This document shows, in pieces, positions 49,322 to 58,094 of a stretch of DNA of 64,000 nt. Origin of the DNA: an uncultured Candidatus Saccharibacteria bacterium (GTDB lineage Bacteria > Patescibacteriota > Doudnabacteria > UBA920 > 2-01-FULL-46-14); NCBI GenBank assembly GCA_964565195.1, contig CAZMCQ010000002.1, forward strand, positions 82,161-146,160, read 5' to 3'. A program made the translations under genes and the position numbers. Numbering within the stretch: position 1 is the first letter of the stretch; the number at the start of each line of letters is the position of its first letter. Under the pieces are notes generated by a model that was given only the letters and a program-made list of their open reading frames with translations, was not told the DNA's origin and did no database searches.

Positions 49322-51067
49322 ATGGCACTCGCATCCACTGATTTAAAAAAAATTCTCGTCGGTCAGAGTGTCTTGAGCGAAGGCGATTTTGACAAACTCG
49401 AACGGGAAGCGCGCGACAAGAAACAAAGTCTGGCGAATTACCTGGTCTTCCGCAAGATTATTCCCGAGGAGCGTTTGGCGAAAATGGTCAGCGATTTTCT
49501 GTCCGTACCCATCGTTGATCTTTCCTCTCTCAAAATCCCGCAGGAAGTTTTGAAGATCATTCCCGAGCCGATCGCGCGGCGCCATCAGGTCGTCGCCTTC
49601 AACAAGAAGGGCAACGAGCTGGATCTCGCCATGACTGACCCCGAGGATTTGCAGACGCGCGAGTTTGTCAAAAAGAAAACCGGCTTTGTAATCGTGCCTT
49701 TTCTTGCGACCAAGACCGGCATGGATAACGCCCTAGCGCAATACCACTCGAGTTTAAAAGCCGAATTCGAAAAGATTCTGGAGGACAAAAAACAAGAGCA
49801 GCCAAAAAGCTCCACGGAGCCCGGAGCCGAGCTCAAAAAAATGGCGGAAGAGATTCCGGTCGTGCGGGTTGTGGATACGCTGCTTGAGTACGCAATTTTT
49901 GAAAACGCTTCGGACATCCACATCGAGCCGCAGGAGAAAGAGGTAACGGTGCGCTACCGCATTGATGGCATTCTTCATGACGTGATGACGCTGCCCAAAG
50001 TGATCCAGCCCGCGCTGGTCGCCCGGCTCAAAGTGCTTTCCAGCCTCAAGATTGACGAGCATCGCCTTCCCCAGGACGGCCGATTCAAATTGCAGACCGA
50101 ACAGTACAACATTTCCTTCCGCGTTTCGACCATTCCAGTTTTTGACGGGGAAAAAGTCGTGCTGCGGCTCCTTGACGAGGGCGCGCGGGCCCTTACCTTT
50201 GAGGAGCTCGGGTTTGCCCGGTCAGCGCTCGATATTATCAAACGCAACCTCACGCGCTCGCACGGCATGACGCTCATCACCGGCCCGACCGGCTCGGGAA
50301 AATCCACCACGCTTTATACCATTCTCACGAAGCTCAATGTGAAGGGCGTCAACATCAGCACGATTGAGGATCCGATCGAATACCGCATTCCCGGCGTGAA
50401 TCAGATGCAGGTCAACCCAAAAATCGGACTGACGTTTGCCGTGGGTCTGCGCGCGCTCCTGCGCCAGGACCCGAACATCATCATGATCGGCGAAATCCGC
50501 GACCTCGAAACCAGTGAGGAGGCCATCCACGCCGCGATGACCGGCCACATCGTGCTCTCCACGCTGCACACGAACAACGCGGCCGGCGCGATTCCGCGCC
50601 TCCTCGACATGGGCGTCGAGCCATACCTTATTGCCTCTACAGTGAATACCGTCGTCGGGCAGCGCCTGGTCCGCAAGGTTTGCCAGGATTGCAAAGTGGC
50701 GAAAAACCTTGACGGCGAGACGTTCGCCAGTCTCAAGCGCGACTTTGATCTGGACAATCTGATTGCCATCATGAAAAAGGAAGGCGTGCTCGAGCCGGCC
50801 GTTGCCTCCCTGGAACAAGTTGAGTTTTACGAAGGGCAGGGTTGTGAAAAATGCGGCCGGTCCGGCTTCCGTGGCCGGATGGGGATCTATGAGGTGCTCG
50901 ATATTACCGAGGCCGTTGCGAGATTAATCCTGGAACGCGGTACGACCAGCCAGATTGAGAATACGGCCGTGAAGAGTGGCATGGTCCTCATGTGGCAGGA
51001 CGGCTTTCTCAAAGCCCATTTGGGTTTTACCACAATCGCCGAGGTTCTCCGGGTTTCCAAAGAGTAA
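49322..51067 (+). CDS. pilB: Type IV pilus assembly ATPase PilB (GspE family)
   Basis: N-terminal GspII domain, Walker A GPTGSGKSTT, the tetracysteine-like CQDC..CEKCGRSG motif, Walker B and His box. Confidence 0.9.
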   Translation: MALASTDLKKILVGQSVLSEGDFDKLEREARDKKQSLANYLVFRKIIPEERLAKMVSDFLSVPIVDLSSLKIPQEVLKIIPEPIARRHQVVAFNKKGNELDLAMTDPEDLQTREFVKKKTGFVIVPFLATKTGMDNALAQYHSSLKAEFEKILEDKKQEQPKSSTEPGAELKKMAEEIPVVRVVDTLLEYAIFENASDIHIEPQEKEVTVRYRIDGILHDVMTLPKVIQPALVARLKVLSSLKIDEHRLPQDGRFKLQTEQYNISFRVSTIPVFDGEKVVLRLLDEGARALTFEELGFARSALDIIKRNLTRSHGMTLITGPTGSGKSTTLYTILTKLNVKGVNISTIEDPIEYRIPGVNQMQVNPKIGLTFAVGLRALLRQDPNIIMIGEIRDLETSEEAIHAAMTGHIVLSTLHTNNAAGAIPRLLDMGVEPYLIASTVNTVVGQRLVRKVCQDCKVAKNLDGETFASLKRDFDLDNLIAIMKKEGVLEPAVASLEQVEFYEGQGCEKCGRSGFRGRMGIYEVLDITEAVARLILERGTTSQIENTAVKSGMVLMWQDGFLKAHLGFTTIAEVLRVSKE

Positions 51068-51078
51068 TTGGATTTATT

Positions 51079-52293
51079 ATGCCAGAGTTTAATTATACTG
51101 CGCGAAATAAAAACGGCGAAATCGTCAGCGAAACCATGACCGCCAGCTCTCGTGAGGCCTTGGCTGCGAGTTTGCGCGCGCGCGGGCTTCTGCCGACCGC
51201 GATTCGGGAAAAGCGACGGCCGTTTTGGAATTTCAAAAACCTCGGTACCACGATCCACCACGTGTCGCTGCTCGAGAAGCTCACATTTATAAAAAATCTT
51301 TCGGTAACCATCCGGGCCGGACTGCCGGTTTCCCGCGCGCTCAAAGTTCTCGCCAGGCAAATGGACAATGCGTATTTTCAGCAGGTGATTTCCGAGATCG
51401 CGCAGTCCGTGGAGAGCGGCAAGACACTTTCGGAAAGCATGGCGCGCTACGATCGGATCTTCTCGCCGATCACGGTAAGCATGGTGCGGGTCGGCGAGTC
51501 AAGCGGGGAATTGGACAACATTCTTGAATATCTGGGTGCCCAGATCGCGCGCGATTATAACCTCATCCGCCGGACGCGTGGCGCCATGATCTATCCGGCC
51601 GTGGTGCTGGTGGCTTTGGCCGGCATCGGGTACCTCATGTTCACTTTTGTCCTGCCGCGGCTTACGGAATCATTTAAGGAGTTCAATACCGAACTGCCGG
51701 CCCTGACGCGCGCCATTATCCGGACGGTGGATATTTTTTCCCATTATTCGGCCTTTATACTCTTTGGTTTCATCGCGCTCATCATCGGCTTTGTCATCTG
51801 GCACCGGACGCCCTCCGGCCGTCGCGTGGTGCACAAGCTTTTCCTCACCGCACCGATCGTCAAAGGCATCGTGAAAAAACTGAACCTGGCGCGGTTCACG
51901 ATTATCTTCGGCGGGCTCCTCAAAAGCGGGATGCCGATCGTGGAGGCCCTCAAAATCACCAGCGAAACCATGACCAATGTTTATTACCAGGACGCGATTG
52001 CGGACGCTTCGGAGAAAGTCCGCATCGGCGTGGACCTGGTCGCGGCCATTGACAAATACCCGCACCTGTTCACCCCGATGGTGAGCCAGATGATTGCTGT
52101 GGGTGAGGAGTCCGGAACCATGGAAAAAGTCCTGGCCGAAGTCGCGGCCTTTTATGAAACCGAGGTGGACGAGACGGTGAGCAATCTTTCGTCGATCATC
52201 GAGCCGGTGCTGATCATGGTTATTGGCGCGGTCGTCGGCGTGCTGGCAATCGGCCTGATCCTGCCGATTTATAATTTAAGCCAAAGCTTTTAG
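51079..52293 (+). CDS. pilC: Type IV pilus platform protein PilC (GspF family)
   Basis: Two T2SS-F domain repeats and 3 predicted TM segments. 404 aa. Confidence 0.85.
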   Translation: MPEFNYTARNKNGEIVSETMTASSREALAASLRARGLLPTAIREKRRPFWNFKNLGTTIHHVSLLEKLTFIKNLSVTIRAGLPVSRALKVLARQMDNAYFQQVISEIAQSVESGKTLSESMARYDRIFSPITVSMVRVGESSGELDNILEYLGAQIARDYNLIRRTRGAMIYPAVVLVALAGIGYLMFTFVLPRLTESFKEFNTELPALTRAIIRTVDIFSHYSAFILFGFIALIIGFVIWHRTPSGRRVVHKLFLTAPIVKGIVKKLNLARFTIIFGGLLKSGMPIVEALKITSETMTNVYYQDAIADASEKVRIGVDLVAAIDKYPHLFTPMVSQMIAVGEESGTMEKVLAEVAAFYETEVDETVSNLSSIIEPVLIMVIGAVVGVLAIGLILPIYNLSQSF

Positions 52294-52309
52294 TACTACG
52301 AAATACGAA

Positions 52310-52711
52310 ATGGTACGAAAGTACGAAAAAAATTCAGGGTTTTCACTCATCGAGGTGATTATAGCGTTGTTTGTGATTTCGGCCGCGCTTTTGCTTTATG
52401 CCGGATCATATGCCACAGTGCGTCTCACGCGGGCCACACGCGACGAGACGCAGGCTTATCGGATCGCGGCGCGGCAGCTCGAACTGCTGCGCTCCACAGC
52501 GTTTAGCGCCCTGCCGGCCTCGGGGCAGATCTTTGATACCAATTTGGCAGCTCTACCTTCCGGCAGCGGCAGCTACACGGTCGCGGATTATCCCGATACA
52601 AGCAGCCGTCTGAAGGTCGCCTCGAGCACAGTGAGCTGGACTCGCGATGGGACCGGGCGGTCAGTGAATCTGCAAACGTTGATTGGCGAGACCGGTTTCA
52701 ATCCACCATGA
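52310..52711 (+). CDS. Prepilin-type N-terminal cleavage/methylation domain protein (pilin or minor pilin)
   Basis: Class III signal KNSG/FSLIEVIIALFVISAALLLYAG with a conserved Glu at +5. Confidence 0.7.
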   Translation: MVRKYEKNSGFSLIEVIIALFVISAALLLYAGSYATVRLTRATRDETQAYRIAARQLELLRSTAFSALPASGQIFDTNLAALPSGSGSYTVADYPDTSSRLKVASSTVSWTRDGTGRSVNLQTLIGETGFNPP

Positions 52712-53274
52712 GAAACGCCGCGTTTACGATCGTCGAAATCGTAGTTGTAATTGGCCTATTTGCTTTGCTGATGCTGTTCGCGAGCGGAATTTTTTTGAGC
52801 CACAACAGTCTTTATTACGCGCAGCGAGCCGAAATCAATGCTGTTGGTACGGCTCGCTCGGCTTTGGATGACATCACGGACGAAATCCGCGAAGCTGCCG
52901 CGGTCGCAGCCTCCACCGATTACCAGGGCGCTACTTACACCACCGACGCCGATACGCTCGTGCTCTCCTTGCCGGCCGTTGATGCCGCGAATGTGGTGCT
53001 CGGCAATGTCTACGACTATGTGGTCTACTATATTGACGCGGCGAACCCAAAGCAATTGCGCAAAATCGCGGCTCCAAACGCTGCCTCGTTTCGCCGCGCC
53101 GAGGATCGGAAACTGCTCTCCGAGCACCTGTTCGCCTTGAGTTTCACCTACAATGATCCTGACCCAACCAATGCCAGCCGAATTATCATTAATCTGACCG
53201 CGGAAGATACCGCGCGTCTCGCGAGCCGAAAAATCACCCTCGTTGAAGACGTGTATCTTCGCAACCGCGACTAA
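52708..53274 (+). CDS. Prepilin-type N-terminal domain protein (minor pilin)
   Basis: N-terminal RNAAFTIVEIVVVIGLFALLMLF hydrophobic segment with Glu at +5. Atypical Ala at -1. Confidence 0.55.
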   Translation: MRNAAFTIVEIVVVIGLFALLMLFASGIFLSHNSLYYAQRAEINAVGTARSALDDITDEIREAAAVAASTDYQGATYTTDADTLVLSLPAVDAANVVLGNVYDYVVYYIDAANPKQLRKIAAPNAASFRRAEDRKLLSEHLFALSFTYNDPDPTNASRIIINLTAEDTARLASRKITLVEDVYLRNRD

Positions 53275-53275
53275 T

Positions 53276-54625
53276 ATGCGCGCCCAAAACGGACAAATTC
53301 TCATCATCGCTCTCATCTTTATGGTAATTATTCTGGTGCTCTCCGGCATCCTGGTAAGCTTGACCGTTCTGCACACGGCCGGCGAGCGTCAGGGCAAAGC
53401 CCGTGAGCAGGCGATGAATCTGGCCGAAGCCGGGGTGGAGCGGGCGCTTTATCAGCTCAACTATGGCGCGGGCTCTGGTTATGTCGGAGAAACTGATTTC
53501 AGCTTCGGCGGCGGAGTGACAGACATCGCGGTCGTGGCGATCTCCGCAAGTTTGAAACGAGTGACTGCCACTGCCTATGTGCCGGACAAAGGTGTCCCTC
53601 GCGCGAAGCGGAGCGTTCAGGCGGATCTGGACACCGGCGGGCCGATCATCGTTTTTAGTTTTGCGGTGCAGGTTGGCGAGGGGGGACTCGAGATGGCCAA
53701 AGACGCGCAGGTCGTCGGCAATATTTATTCCAATGGCCCGATTAAAGGCACCGAGGACGGCGCGCGCGCCACCGGCGACGCTATTTCCGCCGGCACCGTG
53801 GGCAGGATCGAAAAGCTGCAGGTGGACGGCACGGCGACCGCGCACACAATTAAAAATTCCGAGATTGGCGGGAGCGCATACGGTTATGTCTTGGATGACA
53901 CGACGGTCGGCGGGAGTGTTTTGGCCTATTCGCTCAAGAACTGCACGATTGGCGGCAATGCCGATTATACGACCAAAACCAACTGCACTATCGGCGGGGC
54001 GCAGACTACGCCGTACGCCGGCTATCCCGACCAGCCCGCGCAGGATTTTCCCATCACCGACCAACAGATCACGGACTGGAAAAATGCCGCCGAGGCCGGG
54101 GGCGTCATTTCTGGAAATTACACTTTGAATAACGGCCAGAGCGCTTCGCTCGGTCCAAAGAAGATCACCGGTGATTTGAAGATGAAAGAAAATTCCACCT
54201 TGACCCTCACGGGTCCGATTTGGGTTGAGGGAAAAATTGATATTGACAAAGATGGAACGATAGCATTGGATACGGCCTATGGCTCATCGAGTGAAGTTTT
54301 AATCACTGATGAACAGGCCGATCTCTCCAAAGAAGTTAATTTCCAGCGCGCGGGTGCTGACAGCTACGTTCTGCTGATTAGCCTCTCGGTTGCAGGTGAT
54401 GCCATCAAGATCGCGAAAAATTCCGATGCACTTGTGGCCTATGCTCCAAACGGCACAGTGACTATCCAGAAGTCCGTAACTTTGCGGGAAGTGACTGCGA
54501 ATAAACTGAAATTGGAAAAAGACGCTCAAGTGATTTATGAGTCAGGACTTGCGAGTGTGGAATTTACCTCTGGTCCTTCTGGCGGCTGGCGATTAAAGCG
54601 CGGCACCAGGGTTGAAAAAAAATGA
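53276..54625 (+). CDS. PilX-like minor pilin/tip protein with a large beta-helix-like extracellular domain
   Basis: N-terminal QNGQILIIALIFMVIILVLSGILV PilX_N-like segment. C-terminal repetitive GG/IGG-containing strands (NSEIGGSAYGYVLDDTTVGGSVLAYSLKNCTIGGNADY) suggesting a parallel beta-helix. Confidence 0.55.
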   Translation: MRAQNGQILIIALIFMVIILVLSGILVSLTVLHTAGERQGKAREQAMNLAEAGVERALYQLNYGAGSGYVGETDFSFGGGVTDIAVVAISASLKRVTATAYVPDKGVPRAKRSVQADLDTGGPIIVFSFAVQVGEGGLEMAKDAQVVGNIYSNGPIKGTEDGARATGDAISAGTVGRIEKLQVDGTATAHTIKNSEIGGSAYGYVLDDTTVGGSVLAYSLKNCTIGGNADYTTKTNCTIGGAQTTPYAGYPDQPAQDFPITDQQITDWKNAAEAGGVISGNYTLNNGQSASLGPKKITGDLKMKENSTLTLTGPIWVEGKIDIDKDGTIALDTAYGSSSEVLITDEQADLSKEVNFQRAGADSYVLLISLSVAGDAIKIAKNSDALVAYAPNGTVTIQKSVTLREVTANKLKLEKDAQVIYESGLASVEFTSGPSGGWRLKRGTRVEKK

Positions 54626-54640
54626 GATTTGTGCTATAAT
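54612..54640 (+). promoter_or_regulatory. Sigma70-like promoter TTGAAA-17-TATAAT for the pilMNO operon, embedded in the 3' end of the PilX-like gene
   Basis: Consensus-like -35 and -10 hexamers with a 17-bp spacer. About 100 nt upstream of the pilM ATG. Confidence 0.55.
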
Positions 54641-54741
54641 AATAAGTGTGTTGGAAGTCCAGCATAGAAACAAAAATTAAGAGGCTCCGCCTCTTCGGCG
54701 GATGGGCCGAGGAGGCCCAAAAAACCAAAATAAAATCTACA

Positions 54742-55833
54742 ATGTTTGGCCTGAAAAAAAGGCGGCGCGAGCCGATTGGTTTGGATATCAGCGACGTCTC
54801 CCTGAAACTCGCGATGCTTTCTGGTACCCGAGGAAATATCGCGCTCTCGGCTTACGCGCAAGCAAAAATCGGCCCAGATATTCTCGCCCAGGACAATATC
54901 AAAAATCCGGGGGAGCTTTCGGGGTTGATCAAGGCGGCCCTGCTCCGGCCGCAATTTGGCCAGATCAATTCCCGACAGGTGATTGCCTCTATCCCGGAGA
55001 CAAAATCTTTTGTGCGCGTTATCCAGGTGCCGGTGATAACCGCGGAGGAGGCGGCCGAGGCGGTTCCCTTTGAAGCCGAAGCCTACATCCCAATGCCGAT
55101 CAGCCAGGTTTATTTGGATTGGGTAATCTTGTCGTCGCTCGAGCCGGGCACGCCCGGCGGCCCTGAGGCAGGGAAGATGACGGTGTTGATTACGGCCTCA
55201 CCCAGGGATTATGTGGATACTTATGTGGCGGTATTGAAGGGGGCCGGGCTCGAGCCGGTTGCGCTCGAGGTCGAATCACAAGCGACGGCGCGCGCACTCG
55301 TGCCGCTTCAAGAGTTTAGCGAAGCCGTGCTCATCGCCGACCTGGGCGGCACACGAACGAGTCTGACGATTGTTGATCGCGGAGTGCTGCAGTTTACTTC
55401 GTCAGTGCCGGTCGGAGGCAATTCGCTAACCGAGAGTATTGGCCGCGCGCTCTCGCTGGATGCGGATAAAGCCGAAGAACTGAAACGTAAAGTGGGCCTT
55501 GATGAGGCACAGGATCAGCGCGGCGCGGAAGTGAAAAATGCGCTCTTGCCTCTCTTGAATAATTTGGTTGAGGAAATAAAAAACACCATGCGGTTTTATG
55601 AGGAGCATACCGGGCCGCAGGCCAAAATTTCACGTCTCCTGCTCGCCGGCGGCGCGAGCAAACTCCGGAACTTGTCCGAATTTTTGTCGGCGAGCCTTTC
55701 CGGCCTTAAAGTGGAACTGGGCAACCCCTGGCTCAATCTTGTCCGTGGTCAGGGAACTTCCGCCGCAGCGAGTCAGGACTCATTAAATTTTGCCACGGCC
55801 ATTGGCCTGGCCTTGCGGGGGTTTGAAGAATGA
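54742..55833 (+). CDS. pilM: Type IV pilus assembly protein PilM (actin-like ATPase fold)
   Basis: N-terminal IGLDISDVSLKLAML, an internal DLGGTRTSLTIV motif and position upstream of pilN/pilO. Confidence 0.75.
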   Translation: MFGLKKRRREPIGLDISDVSLKLAMLSGTRGNIALSAYAQAKIGPDILAQDNIKNPGELSGLIKAALLRPQFGQINSRQVIASIPETKSFVRVIQVPVITAEEAAEAVPFEAEAYIPMPISQVYLDWVILSSLEPGTPGGPEAGKMTVLITASPRDYVDTYVAVLKGAGLEPVALEVESQATARALVPLQEFSEAVLIADLGGTRTSLTIVDRGVLQFTSSVPVGGNSLTESIGRALSLDADKAEELKRKVGLDEAQDQRGAEVKNALLPLLNNLVEEIKNTMRFYEEHTGPQAKISRLLLAGGASKLRNLSEFLSASLSGLKVELGNPWLNLVRGQGTSAAASQDSLNFATAIGLALRGFEE

Positions 55834-56376
55834 ATGATTAAAAAATACATAAATTTACTGCCGCCTGAGGAGCTGAAGTTTAAGGCGCAAAGAGAATTCG
55901 CGCGGCAGCTTTGGTTGTTCGGCGTGGTGTTTCTGGCGAGTTTGGTTGCGTTAGCGGCCGTATTGTTTGGTGCGGAAGTTTATTTGCAAAGGCAGCTCCG
56001 CATGAAAAGCGAAGCTATTGCGGTGCGTTCGGCAGAACTCACAAGTCTCGAAGAATCGCAGCTTCAAGACGAGCTTGGGACCATCAACCGCAATTTGGAG
56101 AATTTTCAGATCCTGCAGAGAGAGCAGATGAAGTGGTCCGGGGCCTTCGAGGAGTTGGCGCAACTCTTGCCGCGCGGCTTGACGCTCGACAGTCTGATTT
56201 TTACCCGTGAGGAGAAAAAGATTGAAATCGCCGGCCGTGCGGCGACCCGTGAAGAGGTGCTGGCCCTCCGCGAAAATCTGCTTGCCTCGCAGCACTTCAA
56301 GGGCGTAAATTTTCCGCTGCAAAATCTGGAACGCGCTCGCGACGTACCTTGGCGATATCGGTTTTACCTCAAATGA
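55834..56376 (+). CDS. pilN: PilN-like pilus assembly protein
   Basis: N-terminal INLLPPEE motif followed by a single TM helix, then a periplasmic coiled coil. 180 aa. Confidence 0.6.
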   Translation: MIKKYINLLPPEELKFKAQREFARQLWLFGVVFLASLVALAAVLFGAEVYLQRQLRMKSEAIAVRSAELTSLEESQLQDELGTINRNLENFQILQREQMKWSGAFEELAQLLPRGLTLDSLIFTREEKKIEIAGRAATREEVLALRENLLASQHFKGVNFPLQNLERARDVPWRYRFYLK

Positions 56377-56377
56377 T

Positions 56378-57001
56378 ATGCAGAAAGTTTTAGCCGCAAA
56401 AAACCCTGGCATTTTTTTGACCTTGAGTGTGATGCTGCTTCTTGCTGGCGCGCTCCTTGTCTTTGTGATCTCGCCTTACTTGCGAAAAATCGGCGCGAGC
56501 CAAGCCGCCATCCGCTCGGCCGTGGCCGAGCTTTCTGCGCTCGAGCAGAAGATTGCAGGTTATAAAACCGCCATCGCGGAATTGGCGAAAATCGAGACCA
56601 ACAAAGAAGAGATTGTCGGCCTTTTTCCGAAACGCGAGAATATGGTCTCGCTCGTTTCCGGAATCGAGAGCGCGGTCGCCCGGGCGGGCGCGTTCTCGGA
56701 GCTAAAGATTATTGATAAAAAAGAGGATCCGCTCGCCGCGGATGTTGACCGGGCAGCCAGGCCCGTTGCCTCGAGCCTAAAAGGCGTGGAGGAAGTGCCC
56801 TATAAGCTTACGCTTTCAGGGAATTATCGGAGTTTTACGGATTTTTTGCTGTATTTCGAACACCAGCCCTTTATTTCAGAACTCAAAAAGATCGGCATCA
56901 CCGCGATCACGGTTCAGGATGAGACGAGCAAGGTGCTTCGGAATACGGGGCTGGCAACCGGCATTTTTGAAGGCGTATTTTTTATCGCGCGCGCGCCATG
57001 A
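56378..57001 (+). CDS. pilO: PilO-like pilus assembly protein
   Basis: Single N-terminal TM helix then a coiled coil. Gene order pilM-N-O. Confidence 0.55.
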   Translation: MQKVLAAKNPGIFLTLSVMLLLAGALLVFVISPYLRKIGASQAAIRSAVAELSALEQKIAGYKTAIAELAKIETNKEEIVGLFPKRENMVSLVSGIESAVARAGAFSELKIIDKKEDPLAADVDRAARPVASSLKGVEEVPYKLTLSGNYRSFTDFLLYFEHQPFISELKKIGITAITVQDETSKVLRNTGLATGIFEGVFFIARAP

Positions 57002-57297
57002 AAAAACTGCAGCTGCCAAAACTCAAAATCAGGATCAAGCCGGGCTGGATTCTCCTTGCCGTCTTGTTAGTGGCCTTGGCGCTTGAAGCCGCCGCGCTCT
57101 ATAAATATCTCTATCTGAATCCGCGCCAGGCGCCCGCGCCGGTGATGACGCAGCAAGAAGCGGAAAGCCCGCGCGTCAATCTACCGGTGTATCAAAACGC
57201 GGTGCAGTGGCTCGACGAGAACGCAAAATTTACTGTCCCGAATTATCAGCTGGAAAAAGAAACCACGGGCCGCGACAACCCGTTTACGGAATATTAA
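56998..57297 (+). CDS. Small membrane-anchored protein (possible PilP-like component)
   Basis: 99 aa, one N-terminal TM helix. ATGA overlap with pilO. Confidence 0.35.
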   Translation: MKKLQLPKLKIRIKPGWILLAVLLVALALEAAALYKYLYLNPRQAPAPVMTQQEAESPRVNLPVYQNAVQWLDENAKFTVPNYQLEKETTGRDNPFTEY

Positions 57298-57362
57298 ATA
57301 AATATTTGCGCTTGAAATTGGAGGATTTTTTTCGTATACTTACGAGGTCCTTGTGTAGTCGG

Positions 57363-57439
57363 GCGCCCGTAGCTCAGCGGATTAGAGCATCTGTCTTCGG
57401 AACAGAGGGTCGGGGGTTCGAATCCCTCCGGGCGCGCCA
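57363..57439 (+). tRNA. tRNA-Arg (anticodon TCG), CCA encoded
   Basis: Manual fold: acceptor GCGCCCG/CGGGCGC, D-arm GCTC-AGCGGATTA-GAGC, anticodon arm TCTGT-CTTCGGA-ACAGA, T-arm GGGGG-TTCGAAT-CCCTC, discriminator G, CCA. Confidence 0.85.
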
Positions 57440-57625
57440 AAGCAACTTTGTTGCTTTGGCGCAATCCCAAAAATGGGGCCCCCCAAAAATGCTTGCATTT
57501 TTTGGGGAGAGCGGGATGCGATTGGAGATTGCAGAAATCCCGACTTGTCGGGATTGCGAAAATCGCAGATCCGCATCACGCGAGGGTCGCTGGCTCAACT
57601 GGCAGACCTGCCCGCCAATGCCTAC

Positions 57626-57698
57626 GCCTCCATAGCTCAACTGGTAGAGCAGCTCCCTCTTAAGGAGAAGGTTGGGGGTTCGAGACCCTCTGGGGGCA
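57626..57698 (+). tRNA. tRNA-Lys (anticodon CTT), CCA not encoded
   Basis: Manual fold: acceptor GCCTCCA/TGGGGGC (one G-T pair), D-arm GCTC-AACTGGTA-GAGC, anticodon loop CTCTTAA, T-arm GGGGG-TTCGAGA-CCCTC. Confidence 0.75.
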
Positions 57699-57792
57699 TA
57701 GGCGTTGGCAGGCGGGGCAGGTCCCTCTTAAGGACAAGATTGACACTTGTTTTCATTAGGCATAAACTTTGAGCATAACGTAAGGAGGGGGT

Positions 57793-57900
57793 ATGAGATA
57801 TGAAGAAGCGGTGAGCAAAGGTTTCGATCTCGCAGGGTGGTTGGTCGCAGTTTTGGTCTTGGCGGCTCTTATGGCTTGGCTGTCGACATTCTTTTTTTGA
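57793..57900 (+). CDS. Small hydrophobic peptide (35 aa) not in the ORF track
   Basis: Strong SD AAGGAGGGGG 5 nt upstream of the ATG. Translates to MRYEEAVSKGFDLAGWLVAVLVLAALMAWLSTFFF. Confidence 0.4.
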   Translation: MRYEEAVSKGFDLAGWLVAVLVLAALMAWLSTFFF

Positions 57901-57909
57901 GGAGGTGTT

Positions 57910-58008
57910 ATGAATTGGGAATTCATCGGCGCGGTCGTCGTGATTTCTTTGGGAATTCTTGCTTTCATGTTCTGCATTGTGGCGAGTTTTCTCAAGCAAC
58001 CGAATTGA
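57910..58008 (+). CDS. Small hydrophobic peptide (32 aa) not in the ORF track
   Basis: SD GAGGAGGTG before the ATG. Translates to MNWEFIGAVVVISLGILAFMFCIVASFLKQPN. Followed by a rho-independent terminator. Confidence 0.4.
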   Translation: MNWEFIGAVVVISLGILAFMFCIVASFLKQPN

Positions 58009-58033
58009 ACAGCCCCGTTTTACTGACGCTGCG

Positions 58034-58064
58034 GTGCCCGGGCTTATAGCAGGGCACTTTTTTA
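58034..58064 (+). terminator. Rho-independent terminator after the two small peptide genes
   Basis: Stem GTGCCC...GGGCAC followed by a run of 7 T. Confidence 0.6.
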
Positions 58065-58094
58065 TTTGCCTTGAGGGGGTTATAATAAAGCCAT

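Noticed and set aside
52756-54064. Minus-strand ORFs of 206 and 276 aa antisense to the minor pilin and PilX-like genes
   Set aside because: No motifs. They overlap confidently called + strand pilus genes.
57207-57772. ORF-track reading frames of 142, 88, 65, 71 and 99 aa across the tRNA region
   Set aside because: They overlap two well-folded tRNAs and hairpin-rich spacer. The translations are low-complexity, with no RBS.
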